In this document: one piece after another, positions 52,034 to 62,924 of the stretch
How the letters are laid out: every line of letters begins with the position of its first letter
How positions within the stretch are numbered: the first letter of the stretch is position 1
Origin: Thermoplasmatota archaeon
GTDB lineage: Archaea > Thermoplasmatota > E2 > DHVEG-1
Assembly (NCBI GenBank): GCA_029939595.1
Contig: JAOZSQ010000005.1
Location: 4-64,003 of the forward strand
Reading direction: 5' to 3'
DNA length: 64,000 nucleotides
Position numbers and translations under genes: made by a program
The notes under the pieces: generated by a model
Databases searched by the model: none
Seen by the model: only the letters and a program-made list of their open reading frames with translations
What the model was told of the DNA's origin: nothing

Positions 52034-52507
52034 ATGCCAAAAGATGTACCTCGTTTTTGGAGGGAGATTCCTCAGCGTTATAATCTAATTGGAAATCAAT
52101 GTGGATCTTGTGATAAAGTTTTTTTCCCTCCACGAGTTTCCTGCCCTTATTGTCGAAGAAAAAGTATTGGGAAAATGACTGAGAAAAAATTATCTGGAAA
52201 TGGTGAGATTGTTACATATTCAATTTTGCATGTTGGACCTGAGGATTTTGAAAATCAGGTACCCTACCCAATAGCAATCATTCAGCTTGATGAAGGACCA
52301 CGAATTACTGCACAAATAATTGATTGTGACATTAATGATGTAAAGATTGGTATACGTGTAAAAAGCACATTTCGTAAGATTCAACAAGATGGAAACACTG
52401 GTGCAATTTATTATGGATATAAATTTTTAATCTGTAAAGACAAAGTAGCAAAATATGAACCGGAGAATCTTGATGAATCAGGTAATATTGTCAGTATTGA
52501 AAGGTGA
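52034..52507 (+). CDS. DUF35 Zn-ribbon/OB-fold scaffold protein of the thiolase-HMGS complex
   Basis: CGSC..FPPR..CPYC, GEIVTYS, YGYKF; follows the thiolase. Confidence 0.9.
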   Translation: MPKDVPRFWREIPQRYNLIGNQCGSCDKVFFPPRVSCPYCRRKSIGKMTEKKLSGNGEIVTYSILHVGPEDFENQVPYPIAIIQLDEGPRITAQIIDCDINDVKIGIRVKSTFRKIQQDGNTGAIYYGYKFLICKDKVAKYEPENLDESGNIVSIER

Positions 52508-52511
52508 TTAT

Positions 52512-53219
52512 ATGAATATACAAAATGCGTTATCAGAAAAAATCGCAGGTGAAATTACTTTAAGTCCTAAACCAGGCCTAACACTTCGTAAATGGAGAAA
52601 TATTTTTAAGATAAGTCAAACGGATCTAGCAAAATTCTTAGAGCTATCCCCCAGTGTAATCAGTGACTATGAATCAGGTAGAAGAAAGTCACCAGGAATT
52701 CAAACGATTCGAAAGGTCATTGAAGCATTTGTTAAGATTGATGAGCAACGTGGTGGAAAGATTATTCATCTGTATGATCCTATGATTCAAACGCATGAGG
52801 GAATCATTGATATTCAGGAATATCCTTTTGCTCTTGACGCAGATTTTTTTATTAAAAAGATTGATGGACATATTCTCACAAAGAAAAATCAAGGGTTAAA
52901 GAAAAAGGTGAAAGGTTTTACGCTTGTAGATAGCATTAAGACAATTAAAAATATTTCACCAGTTAATTATTCTCATCTATATGGTTGGACTCCTGAGCGT
53001 GCATTACTTTTTACAGGTATTCAATTTGGAAGAAGTCCAATGATTGCCGTTAGAATTCATCCAGTGAAGCCATCAGTTGTTGTTTATCATAAACCTGGTG
53101 GAATTGATCCATTGGCAATTAAGCTTGCTGAACGCGAGAATATTGCTTTGGTTTCTACTAATATTTCATTAGATGATTTAAAGGAACGGCTTATTAATCT
53201 TGGGAAAAATGGGAAATAA
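52512..53219 (+). CDS. XRE-family HTH transcriptional regulator (archaeal)
   Basis: IAGEITLS, RKWR..F..SQ, SVISDYESGRRKSPG, GRSPMIAVR; GGTGA RBS. Confidence 0.88.
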   Translation: MNIQNALSEKIAGEITLSPKPGLTLRKWRNIFKISQTDLAKFLELSPSVISDYESGRRKSPGIQTIRKVIEAFVKIDEQRGGKIIHLYDPMIQTHEGIIDIQEYPFALDADFFIKKIDGHILTKKNQGLKKKVKGFTLVDSIKTIKNISPVNYSHLYGWTPERALLFTGIQFGRSPMIAVRIHPVKPSVVVYHKPGGIDPLAIKLAERENIALVSTNISLDDLKERLINLGKNGK

Positions 53220-53315
53220 TCTTTCCCCCCTTATTTATTATATGTATTATAAATATAAAAATAGTAAGATATATATAATTCTTTTTTATTCATTATTATA
53301 AATAGAGGTAAAATT

Positions 53316-53774
53316 ATGATAAAAGAAAAGATTTTACACAACAATAAAGCACAAGTACTCGGATTGCCAATGTATATGATAATTGTAATGATTGTAGCAG
53401 TTGCAGTAATAGCCGCCGTTCTCTTTATGATACCTCAAGGAACAAAAACAATGAACGCACTTGTATCAGAAAATGCTGTTATTGCAGAAGACCCTGGAAA
53501 TTCCAGTGCTTTTACATTTAGTAGTTCTTATGATATCACAATACAAGTTACAAGCAATGATAATCGTGCAGATCCGGTGTCGGGTGCTACGGTAAGTCTT
53601 ATTGGCTCAGGAATTGCAAGTTCAGGTACTACAAACGGTGAAGGAATCGCAACAATATCTGTTACGCCGGAATTAGGGGAAAACATCAATGAAGCATCCA
53701 TCAAACTCATTGTAAAAGCACAAGGATTTGAGGATTACTCAGATATTAATGCCGTAACCGTTCATCGATTATAA
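53316..53774 (+). CDS. Class III signal-peptide pilin-like protein with Ig-like domain
   Basis: ..NNKA/QVLGLPMYMIIVMIVAVAVIAAVLF; GAGGT RBS. Confidence 0.7.
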   Translation: MIKEKILHNNKAQVLGLPMYMIIVMIVAVAVIAAVLFMIPQGTKTMNALVSENAVIAEDPGNSSAFTFSSSYDITIQVTSNDNRADPVSGATVSLIGSGIASSGTTNGEGIATISVTPELGENINEASIKLIVKAQGFEDYSDINAVTVHRL

Positions 53775-53801
53775 ATCAAATAAAATTTTTCCATAAAGAT
53801 A

Positions 53802-54419
53802 GTGTCTTTCATGAAATCAATGTTTCAAAGAAAAAAGGGATATGATCCAAATAATTCCAATAAATTTGATGATAGAAATATCCATACATTAAAGGAATGG
53901 AACTGGAAATTAGAACAATCCATCACTCAACTACGTTCTCGTATTAATGCAGTAGAAAATCGACTCTCATTAAATAAAAATGAAGTCGATGAACAAAATA
54001 TTAAAAAATTAGAAGAGAATTCTAACGATCTTACCACATATAAATCTTCTAAGAATTTAAATTCAAGTATGGAAATCATTAGAAAATATGAAGAAACACT
54101 TAATGAATTAGATCATGAATATCAAAAAATGAAAGATCAAATAAATAAACTATCAAAAAGACAGAAATCATCCTCATTAATCATGCATGTAAAAGGAAAA
54201 GAAATCCCTCTTGAAATAACTGGCATCATTGGAGGGATACTCATCATAATTATTGCGTTTCTTGTTGCAATGGGTGGAACAGAATTTGTTGTTTCACCCC
54301 CCTTTTTAACCATAAGTGGTCTTGTTCTTATCGGATCAACTATTGTTAGATCAGTTGGAGGAGTTGAATTGATAAAAACTTTTTATCAAAAACGTAATGA
54401 ATTAATCGAAAAATCATAA
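53802..54419 (+). CDS. Coiled-coil protein with two C-terminal TM helices
   Basis: Heptad region followed by two hydrophobic segments. Confidence 0.7.
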   Translation: MSFMKSMFQRKKGYDPNNSNKFDDRNIHTLKEWNWKLEQSITQLRSRINAVENRLSLNKNEVDEQNIKKLEENSNDLTTYKSSKNLNSSMEIIRKYEETLNELDHEYQKMKDQINKLSKRQKSSSLIMHVKGKEIPLEITGIIGGILIIIIAFLVAMGGTEFVVSPPFLTISGLVLIGSTIVRSVGGVELIKTFYQKRNELIEKS

Positions 54420-54441
54420 AAAAAATAGATCCATTATTTTT

Positions 54442-54903
54442 TTATTCTTTTATTATACGGATCATATTTTCATGAACATAATAATCATATCCCAAAGCTT
54501 TTACTTCTACATCAAGAAAGATTTCATTTATTCCATTTTCTAAATTAATTGTTACTGGAATTATACATCTACCAGTTTTATTCGTATAATTATATGCAAT
54601 GATTCCTGTTCCTTTAATAATTACTAATCCTTGATTAATAGCTTTGTGATTTGAACTATCTTTAATCACAATGGAAAAATAACTTATATTCACTGAATCA
54701 TTTATTGAAGCAATAGTTGGTTGAACAGTAACATATAACGGTACAGGAATAATTGAGGATTGTGTTATAAAACCAATTATTGTTGCAAGTGCTATTGATC
54801 CGATAATCAATGATATCACTAGTTTCATTGGCATATCAATAACTGCAGAGTTTTCCTTGGTAATTTTCTTAATGTTTAACTTTGATTTCATTATCAATTT
54901 CAT
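54442..54903 (-). CDS. Class III signal-peptide pilin-like protein, paralog of 53316
   Basis: ..KENSA/VIDMPMKLVISLIIG; C-terminus LENGINEIFLDVEVKALGY matches LGENINEASIKLIVKAQGF. Confidence 0.65.
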   Translation of the reverse strand: MKLIMKSKLNIKKITKENSAVIDMPMKLVISLIIGSIALATIIGFITQSSIIPVPLYVTVQPTIASINDSVNISYFSIVIKDSSNHKAINQGLVIIKGTGIIAYNYTNKTGRCIIPVTINLENGINEIFLDVEVKALGYDYYVHENMIRIIKE

Positions 54904-54995
54904 TGAATATTTATCAATAGATAAACCACATATATAAATATATTCATTAAATTATAAAAATGGTTGTTTCGTTTATTTTTATAGGGTATTCATAA

Positions 54996-55487
54996 TTGAA
55001 ATATAAAAATCATGCGATCATTGGAATTCCAAATCAACTGTTCATTATTGTAATCCTTATGTCAATTCTATTTTTATTATTATTTTATGCCGTTACAAAT
55101 TTTCAAAAACAAACACAAATAAATGATTTAAAGAAAAACATGAATCAGATAATAAACTCAGCCGAATATCTTACAGAATATGCAAACCACGCAAGTATCA
55201 TATCATCAGAAATTAATATCCCCCAAATTGTAAAATTCGTCTCATTTGGACCCCCACCAGAATACATGATATACAATACCAACTACAACAATATATCCCT
55301 GTTCAATGAACGCATGTATGTCATTTGCTATGAAAATGACATTATTGAACAATATCACACATCATTTCCATTTTACATAGACCATACAAATAATTCATGT
55401 ATCCTTACAAAAGGATCACATCAAATAAATATGGAACTAATACAAACACAAGGTAAAACCTATGTTAAAATCCAACAAAAAGGATAA
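54996..55487 (+). CDS. Class III signal-peptide pilin-like protein
   Basis: MKYKNHA/IIGIPNQLFIIVILMSILFLLLF. Confidence 0.6.
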   Translation: MKYKNHAIIGIPNQLFIIVILMSILFLLLFYAVTNFQKQTQINDLKKNMNQIINSAEYLTEYANHASIISSEINIPQIVKFVSFGPPPEYMIYNTNYNNISLFNERMYVICYENDIIEQYHTSFPFYIDHTNNSCILTKGSHQINMELIQTQGKTYVKIQQKG

Positions 55488-56088
55488 CAAAGCATTCATG
55501 CCTTTATCCCTTACAACAATAGCTTTGTTCATAACAACTGCAATATTACTCATATCAATTTACAGCCTAATTCAAGATCACCCATTAAAAACAAAAACTG
55601 AGCTAGAAACCATTTCAACATCCCTTCATCAGAAAATTCAATCAGTTGAAACCTCATATTATGAAAAACAAAGCCAATTTCTATTCAAATCAAATTCCTT
55701 ACAATCAAATATTCAACTATCATCAAATTCCATAATAATAGAACAAAAACATAAAAATCAACAATATCGAATAGTAAAAAAAAGTATTGTTCCTTGGTGG
55801 ATTCAATTAAACAACTCTTTTTGGAATGACAGTAATTCATTTCATCAATATCTTAAATATGAATATCATTACGCAGGAACCATATCAGACCCGATTCCCA
55901 ATAATGAAAGTATTAAACAAGAAATTCAAAACTCATTTAACAACTCAACTTCAACGATTTTAAGACAACCATATAAAATAAACACATTAAAACCACTTCA
56001 TATTGATAAACTTATAATTTATTATAAGGATGAAAACGGGTTAATTGTTCAAGAAAACACACAATCATTCATCCTTTTATATCAATAA
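55462..56088 (+). CDS. Class III signal-peptide pilin-like protein
   Basis: MLKSNKKDNKA/FMPLSLTTIALFITTAILLISIY; overlaps the upstream gene. Confidence 0.6.
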   Translation: MLKSNKKDNKAFMPLSLTTIALFITTAILLISIYSLIQDHPLKTKTELETISTSLHQKIQSVETSYYEKQSQFLFKSNSLQSNIQLSSNSIIIEQKHKNQQYRIVKKSIVPWWIQLNNSFWNDSNSFHQYLKYEYHYAGTISDPIPNNESIKQEIQNSFNNSTSTILRQPYKINTLKPLHIDKLIIYYKDENGLIVQENTQSFILLYQ

Positions 56089-56110
56089 TGCACACTGAAA
56101 ATTAATCTTT

Positions 56111-56365
56111 TTAATCATTCATAAATAATCTAAATGCTATTAGAAAAATCATTTGAGAAATACCTAAAATCGTGAAAAACAAAAAAATTGGATGTGGCTC
56201 TAAAAACATCATCAAGGTTCCGACAAGAGCAGTAAGCATTGTTAATGAGAAAAATAAAACAAATACCGATGAATCTTTAGGTTTTTTATTGATTTTTTCT
56301 AGTTTTGATTCAATATTTTCAAATTTTTCACGGATTTCCACATTTGTTATTCCTTTCATCATCAA
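56111..56365 (-). CDS. Small two-TM membrane protein
   Basis: GGTGG RBS; short coiled coil plus two hydrophobic helices. Confidence 0.7.
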   Translation of the reverse strand: MMMKGITNVEIREKFENIESKLEKINKKPKDSSVFVLFFSLTMLTALVGTLMMFLEPHPIFLFFTILGISQMIFLIAFRLFMND

Positions 56366-56564
56366 CCACCAAATAAAGTCACTCTTTTATTTTAATATTT
56401 ATGAAATAATACATATCCTTAATAACCTTTATGGACAATTTTTTGAAAAATTAATTAATATTTTTATATATTTTAATGTTTAAATTTCATGTTTATGATC
56501 ATTGATTTTGTTATCTTCTTGATTCAATTAGGAAACTAATTATGGCTCTTCATACACTATTAAT

Positions 56565-59444
56565 TCATCTCTGACTTGGAGTATATGGATTAAATGCAGG
56601 GTCACCAAATAAATTATATTCTAGTTGACAAGTATATTTTTTCTCTAAACATAGTTTTTCTTCTCCACTTAATTCCTGGATACTATCATCTATATTTTTT
56701 TGGGATTCAACATCAATTGTTAAGGGTGGTGCCCAGAAGAATGAAGATTCAGCATCTTCCCATTGTGCATTTCTTGCATTTCTAAATGCCAGACCCATTG
56801 TTGCATCTTCTGCCCCTAGACTTGTGAAAACATCATTAGCATATAATCCTGAGAAATGTAAATCATATAGATCTGGATCTTTTCTTGTCTGCAAAAACTC
56901 TTTAATCCCTAAGCCTACAGGCCTTGTTCTTTCATCCAAATATCCTGGGCCAGGAGTTCCTCTTGATGATGCAATAAGAGCATTTACACCTGAATGCAGA
57001 AATGCTTGTCCAGCATTTGCTTTTGGATACCAGGCATCAATTCTTCCAACATAACAACTTTCAATAAACATAACTGATGGACCGTAATCCAATCCTGTTA
57101 CTGTTCTGACATTATACCAACCAATATCAGCAATCCCGCTACTAAATCCAGGTAAACCAGATGCAAAAGTTATTCTGTTAAGAAGATTATGAATTAATAT
57201 TGGTCGGAATCCTACTGAATCACCTTGCACATCTGAATGAATAAAACCCATTGGTTGACCATGACCAAATGAAAATATAAAGTTACTATTCATCTGATCC
57301 TCAGCCCCATTTATTTTTTTATCACCATATTTAGCTATTACATGCCATTTCGGGAAAAAAATACGGTTTAATAAACCTAATTTATTTATTTGATTTATTG
57401 TATCTGTACTTAGACCATATGCTCCTGAATACTGATTTTCTGTTGCAATAATATTAGAGAATTGTCCACTGTTCATTGATTCCTGAATAGCCAAATTCTG
57501 GAAATGTGCTTCTCCTGTTGGCCATTTCATAACAAGATTATCATCATCAATCTTAAACAAAATTTTTCTAAATAAATCAAAACCTGGAATTCTTTGAAAA
57601 TCTGTTCCACTACCTGTTTGAACATTTGCGGTATTCTTCCAAGCACCATCCATGTTTTCAAGTATGTCTTCATAAAATATGGTTCTTAGAATAAGTGCAC
57701 TTACATCTTGAACATCCCAACCAGTTATTCTACCAACTAGATTTTCCTGAGAGGGATAAAATTCTTCATATGTCTCACCATGACTGTTTTTTGATAAGAA
57801 TTTATCAGCTGGATGATTTTGTTGAATTTTATCGTTTCTTGGATGTGGATCAATGTTTCCATAAATAAAATCACTAGCAACATCCCAACCAAAATATATT
57901 GAATTTGCATCAGGAGTATCATAATAATAATACTGAGGTATCATCTCTGCACTACCAACTAGACCAATAAATATTGGATCATTGTCATAATGTTCTTTTA
58001 AAATTTCGAGATTACCATCATCATAATCACCTTCAAAATCATTAATACTTGCAATTTTTGCAAGAATCATGTTTATTTCTTCATGAATCTTAAAAGTATG
58101 TTCATTTGACATCTCAGTAAGCATTGGGTTTGATCCCGGCCAAACAACACCCTTATGTTCCGATGAAAGATCAGGGAATCGTTCTTCATCTGCTGCAAAT
58201 GCAAAATCAGGTTTTGCATAAATGATTCCTTTACGATATGCAGTAAGATAGGGAGCTATCGAAGAAAGTTTAGGCATCCTTGAATCATAAGGTGAAGATA
58301 GTTTTTCTAAAACAACATTAACTTCATAATCTGTTGATTTAGATGTTAAAAGTTTAGATCCAACACTTATCCCCCATTCTTCACCACCTTGATCATAAAC
58401 TATTGTTTCCCAGTAAATTTTATCTTTAATTATATTTCCTGATTCATCCCTTTCAGGTATACCCCCAAACGTAAACAAAAATGCTTGAATCCCATTTGGC
58501 CCTAAAAGTTGAGGTGAAAGTTTACCTCCTGTGTCTCCAACATTTTCACCAGGATCATGGGTTGCATCAATTTTTATCTTACAGTATTTATAATCATTAG
58601 GGATATTAAATAAATGGTAATTAGTAAGAGCAGGTTTTCTTTTAGAAGGTAAAAGATTTAAAAAATTAGTTGGAGTAATACAAAAAGAACCGACAGTACC
58701 ATCCATTAAATCAAGAGTAGTAGTTTCAAGAACTTCAGGTTCAAGCACATCCAAAGGATTTGAAATAGTTAGATAATTTACTTTTCCAAATTTCTGCTCC
58801 ACCAAATCAATTGAAACATTCACAATCTCATCAACATTATTAAAAAACAATGAGGATTCATAACCAGATAAATTCCCACAAATAAATGATTTCTTTACAC
58901 CAAGATCCTCCAATACATCTATGACATCTTCACTAATTTCATCAGTTACAATCACAGGAATACTAAGATAAGATGCAAGAGGAACTGCAACAACACCTAA
59001 ATTATATCCATTTACACTATCTTCAATTAATAAAACGCCCTCACTTTCATCCCAATAAGATAATGCAATTTCAAGGGATTTTTCTTTTACATCATCATTT
59101 GCTTGAATAATTAAAGAAGGTTCAATTTGAATTTGTTCTGTTTCAACTCTAACAATTGATTTTGATGGGTCCGCAAAATTACTAACATACAAAGGAATAA
59201 CATTCTGCATTCCATCTTCATCATAATTTACAGCAATAGGCGTGGTTATCAGCGCAAAAAATGGGTTTGCATCTGAAACCTTAATTCCAGTATCAAATGA
59301 ATTTATAGATCCACATACTTCATAAAAATCTTCAATTTCAGCATCCGCAACAGAGCTTTCAGGAATCCAAAAATAAATCCCTACAGATGTTAAAATAAGA
59401 ATTATGATACCAACTATTATAATAGTTTTATCGTTTTTTTTCAT
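56565..59444 (-). CDS. Large membrane-anchored C25-related (clan CD) cysteine peptidase
   Basis: N-terminal anchor, ASDFIYG, VGRITG, FGHG, ESCYVG, YNLFGDPA. Confidence 0.75.
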   Translation of the reverse strand: MKKNDKTIIIVGIIILILTSVGIYFWIPESSVADAEIEDFYEVCGSINSFDTGIKVSDANPFFALITTPIAVNYDEDGMQNVIPLYVSNFADPSKSIVRVETEQIQIEPSLIIQANDDVKEKSLEIALSYWDESEGVLLIEDSVNGYNLGVVAVPLASYLSIPVIVTDEISEDVIDVLEDLGVKKSFICGNLSGYESSLFFNNVDEIVNVSIDLVEQKFGKVNYLTISNPLDVLEPEVLETTTLDLMDGTVGSFCITPTNFLNLLPSKRKPALTNYHLFNIPNDYKYCKIKIDATHDPGENVGDTGGKLSPQLLGPNGIQAFLFTFGGIPERDESGNIIKDKIYWETIVYDQGGEEWGISVGSKLLTSKSTDYEVNVVLEKLSSPYDSRMPKLSSIAPYLTAYRKGIIYAKPDFAFAADEERFPDLSSEHKGVVWPGSNPMLTEMSNEHTFKIHEEINMILAKIASINDFEGDYDDGNLEILKEHYDNDPIFIGLVGSAEMIPQYYYYDTPDANSIYFGWDVASDFIYGNIDPHPRNDKIQQNHPADKFLSKNSHGETYEEFYPSQENLVGRITGWDVQDVSALILRTIFYEDILENMDGAWKNTANVQTGSGTDFQRIPGFDLFRKILFKIDDDNLVMKWPTGEAHFQNLAIQESMNSGQFSNIIATENQYSGAYGLSTDTINQINKLGLLNRIFFPKWHVIAKYGDKKINGAEDQMNSNFIFSFGHGQPMGFIHSDVQGDSVGFRPILIHNLLNRITFASGLPGFSSGIADIGWYNVRTVTGLDYGPSVMFIESCYVGRIDAWYPKANAGQAFLHSGVNALIASSRGTPGPGYLDERTRPVGLGIKEFLQTRKDPDLYDLHFSGLYANDVFTSLGAEDATMGLAFRNARNAQWEDAESSFFWAPPLTIDVESQKNIDDSIQELSGEEKLCLEKKYTCQLEYNLFGDPAFNPYTPSQR

Positions 59445-59618
59445 TTAGTCTCCCCTGAAACATTTATAATTCCTTATTTACTATATGCATTTAAATATTC
59501 TTATTAATAATTTTATTAATGCATGATGATTATCTTTTGTTGTTTTCGAATTTTATCCAAATTAACTTTTGTGTATGTCTACTTGAATAAATACAATTTT
59601 TTTTGATCGTTTATTTCT

Positions 59619-61502
59619 TTAAATTAACATATATAGTTCTCTAATTTTATCATCAATATCATAAAATTTAATATTTTTCTCATTATCCATTATACCTTCT
59701 GCAATCAGAGAATATTCAGAATAAACCGGGGCAACATTTGGTTTTGCATATACACGAATATTACTTTGGTTTTCTGTTTCAAGGAATAGTTGAATATCAC
59801 AGTCTGTGTTATATGCTTGTATTTGATCTGATAAGAGTTTCAAATTTTCGTTAGTGAGTTTTTCCAATTGTTGCCATCCATTTAAGAGAACTCCTGGATA
59901 TTTATCAATTACTTCAAAATCTTCAAAACTTGGATCAATTTCTTCAGGTTCTTCATATGATGGCCCATTTCTTTCAAAACTGGCAACATATACACATGCC
60001 CAATCATCTCTATCATATTGTCCATTTTCTCCATGTGAGTAGTCAAATAATGTTTTATCTTTGTAGATTTTATCATAGTTCATAACACTGTTATAATTTT
60101 CTATATATCCATAATACTCATCATCTGTTAAACTTGGACGTTTAATATCTCTGTTAGGTTCATCCAAATCAACTCCATTATACTCAGCAGGTGAGAAACC
60201 AAGCGTGTGTCCTAATTCATGGAATATTCCTGATGCAATACCATGTTGTCTAAGACGTTCATTCCAAATGTATCCTTTGCAATACAATAATGATTGTTCT
60301 AATCCTGTTCCAATATTTATACAATCCATCATATTATCATGAAATGGCGTGACAAATCCTCCTATATTTGCTAAATGAATATACCGAAAAACTCCTTTGC
60401 GTTCATCAGGAAAATGATGTTCATATCGACCAAATGGAAAGCCACTTGATTGATCACTCATTTCTTCCAGATATGGAAGCATCTCACCACCACCATTCAC
60501 AGGTCCATCAGCCCATCCATCATCAAAGTAAGTCCAGATGCCATGTTGTGCATATCGTTCTATGACCATCTGTTTTGGTTCTTCATGAAGAACATGGTCA
60601 AAATATTTCCATTTGTTTTTCTTTTCCATAAAATCAACTTCAATATAGATATCTGGTTGATATGGATTAGACCACCATTTTGAAATAGCATATTCTTCGA
60701 TGTTTTGAATGCCATCAATATCCGGATCAAGATTCTCATGATCATTCCAAGTAAATGGATCATAATTCCACTTCCATTCCCATGCCGTAGGAATACCATC
60801 ATTATCAGGATCTAATCTTGTATCATCTACTGTTGGATCAGTACCAAGAACATTAACCTCAGTCCAATAAGGAATACCATCATTATCAAAGTCTGATGAG
60901 TAAATATTGAACCAGACTTCAAAGGTTTCACCTAAATAATGACCATACCCATCCTCATCCATAAAATAATCATCACCTGACCAGCGGCCAGTACGAAAAT
61001 CAAAAACAAGATTAATAGTTTCTTTAACCGTATCAATACTCTGACGATTAAATAATCCTTTTTTAGTTACTTCTACAATTGAGATAACGACATAAGATAC
61101 TGATTGATTCTCTTGTACATAGAATTTATCTCTGCATTCCATACCTATTGTATCCCATCGTTTGAATGACTCTCCATCTTCACCTATACTTCTTGCAATA
61201 GTTTCAACATTATCATCTACTAGAAGGGTATAATAAAATTCAGGTGGGTCATCCCAGCTCTTATCATTTATAAGTCCAGTATTCATTCTATCAAGAAGAC
61301 CTCGATGCCGAATTCTAAGTGTTTGAACGGTAAGACCTTGATTTCTATAAGGACATATCTGATCATCAATAATAATTTCTTTTTCTTCTGCAATTATTTG
61401 TTCAGGTTGATTAATAAAAATATAATATATAGATACACTTATCAAAAGTGCAACAATAATAATTGCCCCGATTTTAATAAATTTTTTTTGATTCATTATC
61501 AT
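59619..61502 (-). CDS. Membrane-anchored zinc metallopeptidase-like protein with DxDxDG calcium-binding repeats
   Basis: DFDNDGIP, DPDNDGIP, DPDIDGI; DIYIEVD; HELGHTLG; SVMNY. Confidence 0.75.
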   Translation of the reverse strand: MIMNQKKFIKIGAIIIVALLISVSIYYIFINQPEQIIAEEKEIIIDDQICPYRNQGLTVQTLRIRHRGLLDRMNTGLINDKSWDDPPEFYYTLLVDDNVETIARSIGEDGESFKRWDTIGMECRDKFYVQENQSVSYVVISIVEVTKKGLFNRQSIDTVKETINLVFDFRTGRWSGDDYFMDEDGYGHYLGETFEVWFNIYSSDFDNDGIPYWTEVNVLGTDPTVDDTRLDPDNDGIPTAWEWKWNYDPFTWNDHENLDPDIDGIQNIEEYAISKWWSNPYQPDIYIEVDFMEKKNKWKYFDHVLHEEPKQMVIERYAQHGIWTYFDDGWADGPVNGGGEMLPYLEEMSDQSSGFPFGRYEHHFPDERKGVFRYIHLANIGGFVTPFHDNMMDCINIGTGLEQSLLYCKGYIWNERLRQHGIASGIFHELGHTLGFSPAEYNGVDLDEPNRDIKRPSLTDDEYYGYIENYNSVMNYDKIYKDKTLFDYSHGENGQYDRDDWACVYVASFERNGPSYEEPEEIDPSFEDFEVIDKYPGVLLNGWQQLEKLTNENLKLLSDQIQAYNTDCDIQLFLETENQSNIRVYAKPNVAPVYSEYSLIAEGIMDNEKNIKFYDIDDKIRELYMLI

Positions 61503-61505
61503 ACT

Positions 61506-62891
61506 TCACACCTTAATTTCTAATGTTGGATCTCCAATCAATATCCATTCTTGAACAGTTTTTGCATCAATAGAAGATGTTTTTCCAGAAGGCGTGTTCC
61601 AATTAATTGGAAATGTCTGCACATATTCAGTAATAGCATTCTTCCAGATTGTTCCAAGAGTTGTTTCTCCATTGGCATATTCCTTGAAAAATTGAATATT
61701 CAGCCAATCTGAACCTCCACCTCCAAATTCTATTCCCTGCCAGCTTAAACCTGTACATCCAATTGTTGCAATTGAACCACCATGGGGTAAACTAGTTAGT
61801 TTCCAACTCCAACAATCACGATGCCAGGTACCATATATATAAGGATTGCAGAAAATTCTAAAAGAAGGATCATCAAACTTACTGTTTTGGCATGCACCAA
61901 TAATGCATATTGGTAGCTTGTTTTTATTTCTTAATAGAGGCATTAAAAGTTTTGGAAAGTTTCCAACTATTTTAGAGCTATTTGGTGGATGAGTATTCCA
62001 TACATCTGGGCTTCCATGACCTGATAAATAAAGAAATCCACATCCTTGACTAATTGCTTTAATTAGTGATAATGTTGACAAAGTTTTAGTTGATGCAAAA
62101 AGTTTTGTTGCATCAAAATCAGACAAGATATTAACTGCTTCATCTAAATTTTGTTCACCTTCATAATTATCATATTTATCTTCATCATATCCACGAGCTG
62201 CTGAATAGGTATCTCCACCTGCAACAACAAATCGATGGAACCATCCATCATAATCAGTCTCTGTTTCATAATTAATAATCTTGTTTATCATTGTTTTTAC
62301 TTCAAAACGATTTGAACATGGAAGCCTGCCAATAGATACCTCAGGAGTTAAGCTTATATCTTTATCCTCAGCATGCTCTCCATTCCATTCACCATATAAG
62401 CTATCACCTTCAGTATCCCAAGAAGAAAAATTTCCATTTTCATCATAAATATCAGCATAATAAAGATCGCTAATGAAATATGGTTCCATTGATAAATATC
62501 CATCATTATTATAACAATATCTAACCGGAACCTCAATAAAATCTCCTATTAAAAGAACAGAACCAATTTTATATTCATCATAGTTTTGTTTTATACAATA
62601 TTTGATTTTTTCCTGTTTGTCGTTTCCATCGTAATTATTATAAATCTCTTTAGTTGTTTTAATTATTGTTTTAACATTTTGATTTAATTTATGATCTATC
62701 AGTTGTTGACACTCCCTTTGAAACTTTTTTGGGGCGATAATCAACAAGTCAAAAACACTTGTTTCATCATCATTTTTTTTAAATGTTTTTGATTTTACCA
62801 TATTTGTAGAAATTATTGAAATTGAGATTAAAATTACCACAATTATAATACTTATAATTTTTTTCATTATTATTCTCCCGGTTTTTTTCAT
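61506..62891 (-). CDS. Secreted C25 (gingipain-family) cysteine peptidase, compact form
   Basis: VLLIGD, SDLYYAD, IGRLP, GGDT, SGHGS, GACQNS, LIGDPTL. Confidence 0.9.
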   Translation of the reverse strand: MKKTGRIIMKKIISIIIVVILISISIISTNMVKSKTFKKNDDETSVFDLLIIAPKKFQRECQQLIDHKLNQNVKTIIKTTKEIYNNYDGNDKQEKIKYCIKQNYDEYKIGSVLLIGDFIEVPVRYCYNNDGYLSMEPYFISDLYYADIYDENGNFSSWDTEGDSLYGEWNGEHAEDKDISLTPEVSIGRLPCSNRFEVKTMINKIINYETETDYDGWFHRFVVAGGDTYSAARGYDEDKYDNYEGEQNLDEAVNILSDFDATKLFASTKTLSTLSLIKAISQGCGFLYLSGHGSPDVWNTHPPNSSKIVGNFPKLLMPLLRNKNKLPICIIGACQNSKFDDPSFRIFCNPYIYGTWHRDCWSWKLTSLPHGGSIATIGCTGLSWQGIEFGGGGSDWLNIQFFKEYANGETTLGTIWKNAITEYVQTFPINWNTPSGKTSSIDAKTVQEWILIGDPTLEIKV

Positions 62892-62924
62892 ATAAAAAAA
62901 ATTAGAATAATGTATGTTATATCC

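Noticed and set aside
49806-52507. HMG-CoA synthase/thiolase/DUF35 operon as a novelty
   Set aside because: This is a well-described archaeal mevalonate-pathway complex.
781-62536. Many short overlapping ORFs in the track (e.g. 781-1143, 14435-14728, 20722-20940, 27333-27644, 43289-43603, 49873-50442, 51385-51840)
   Set aside because: They are antisense or off-frame shadows of well-supported genes.
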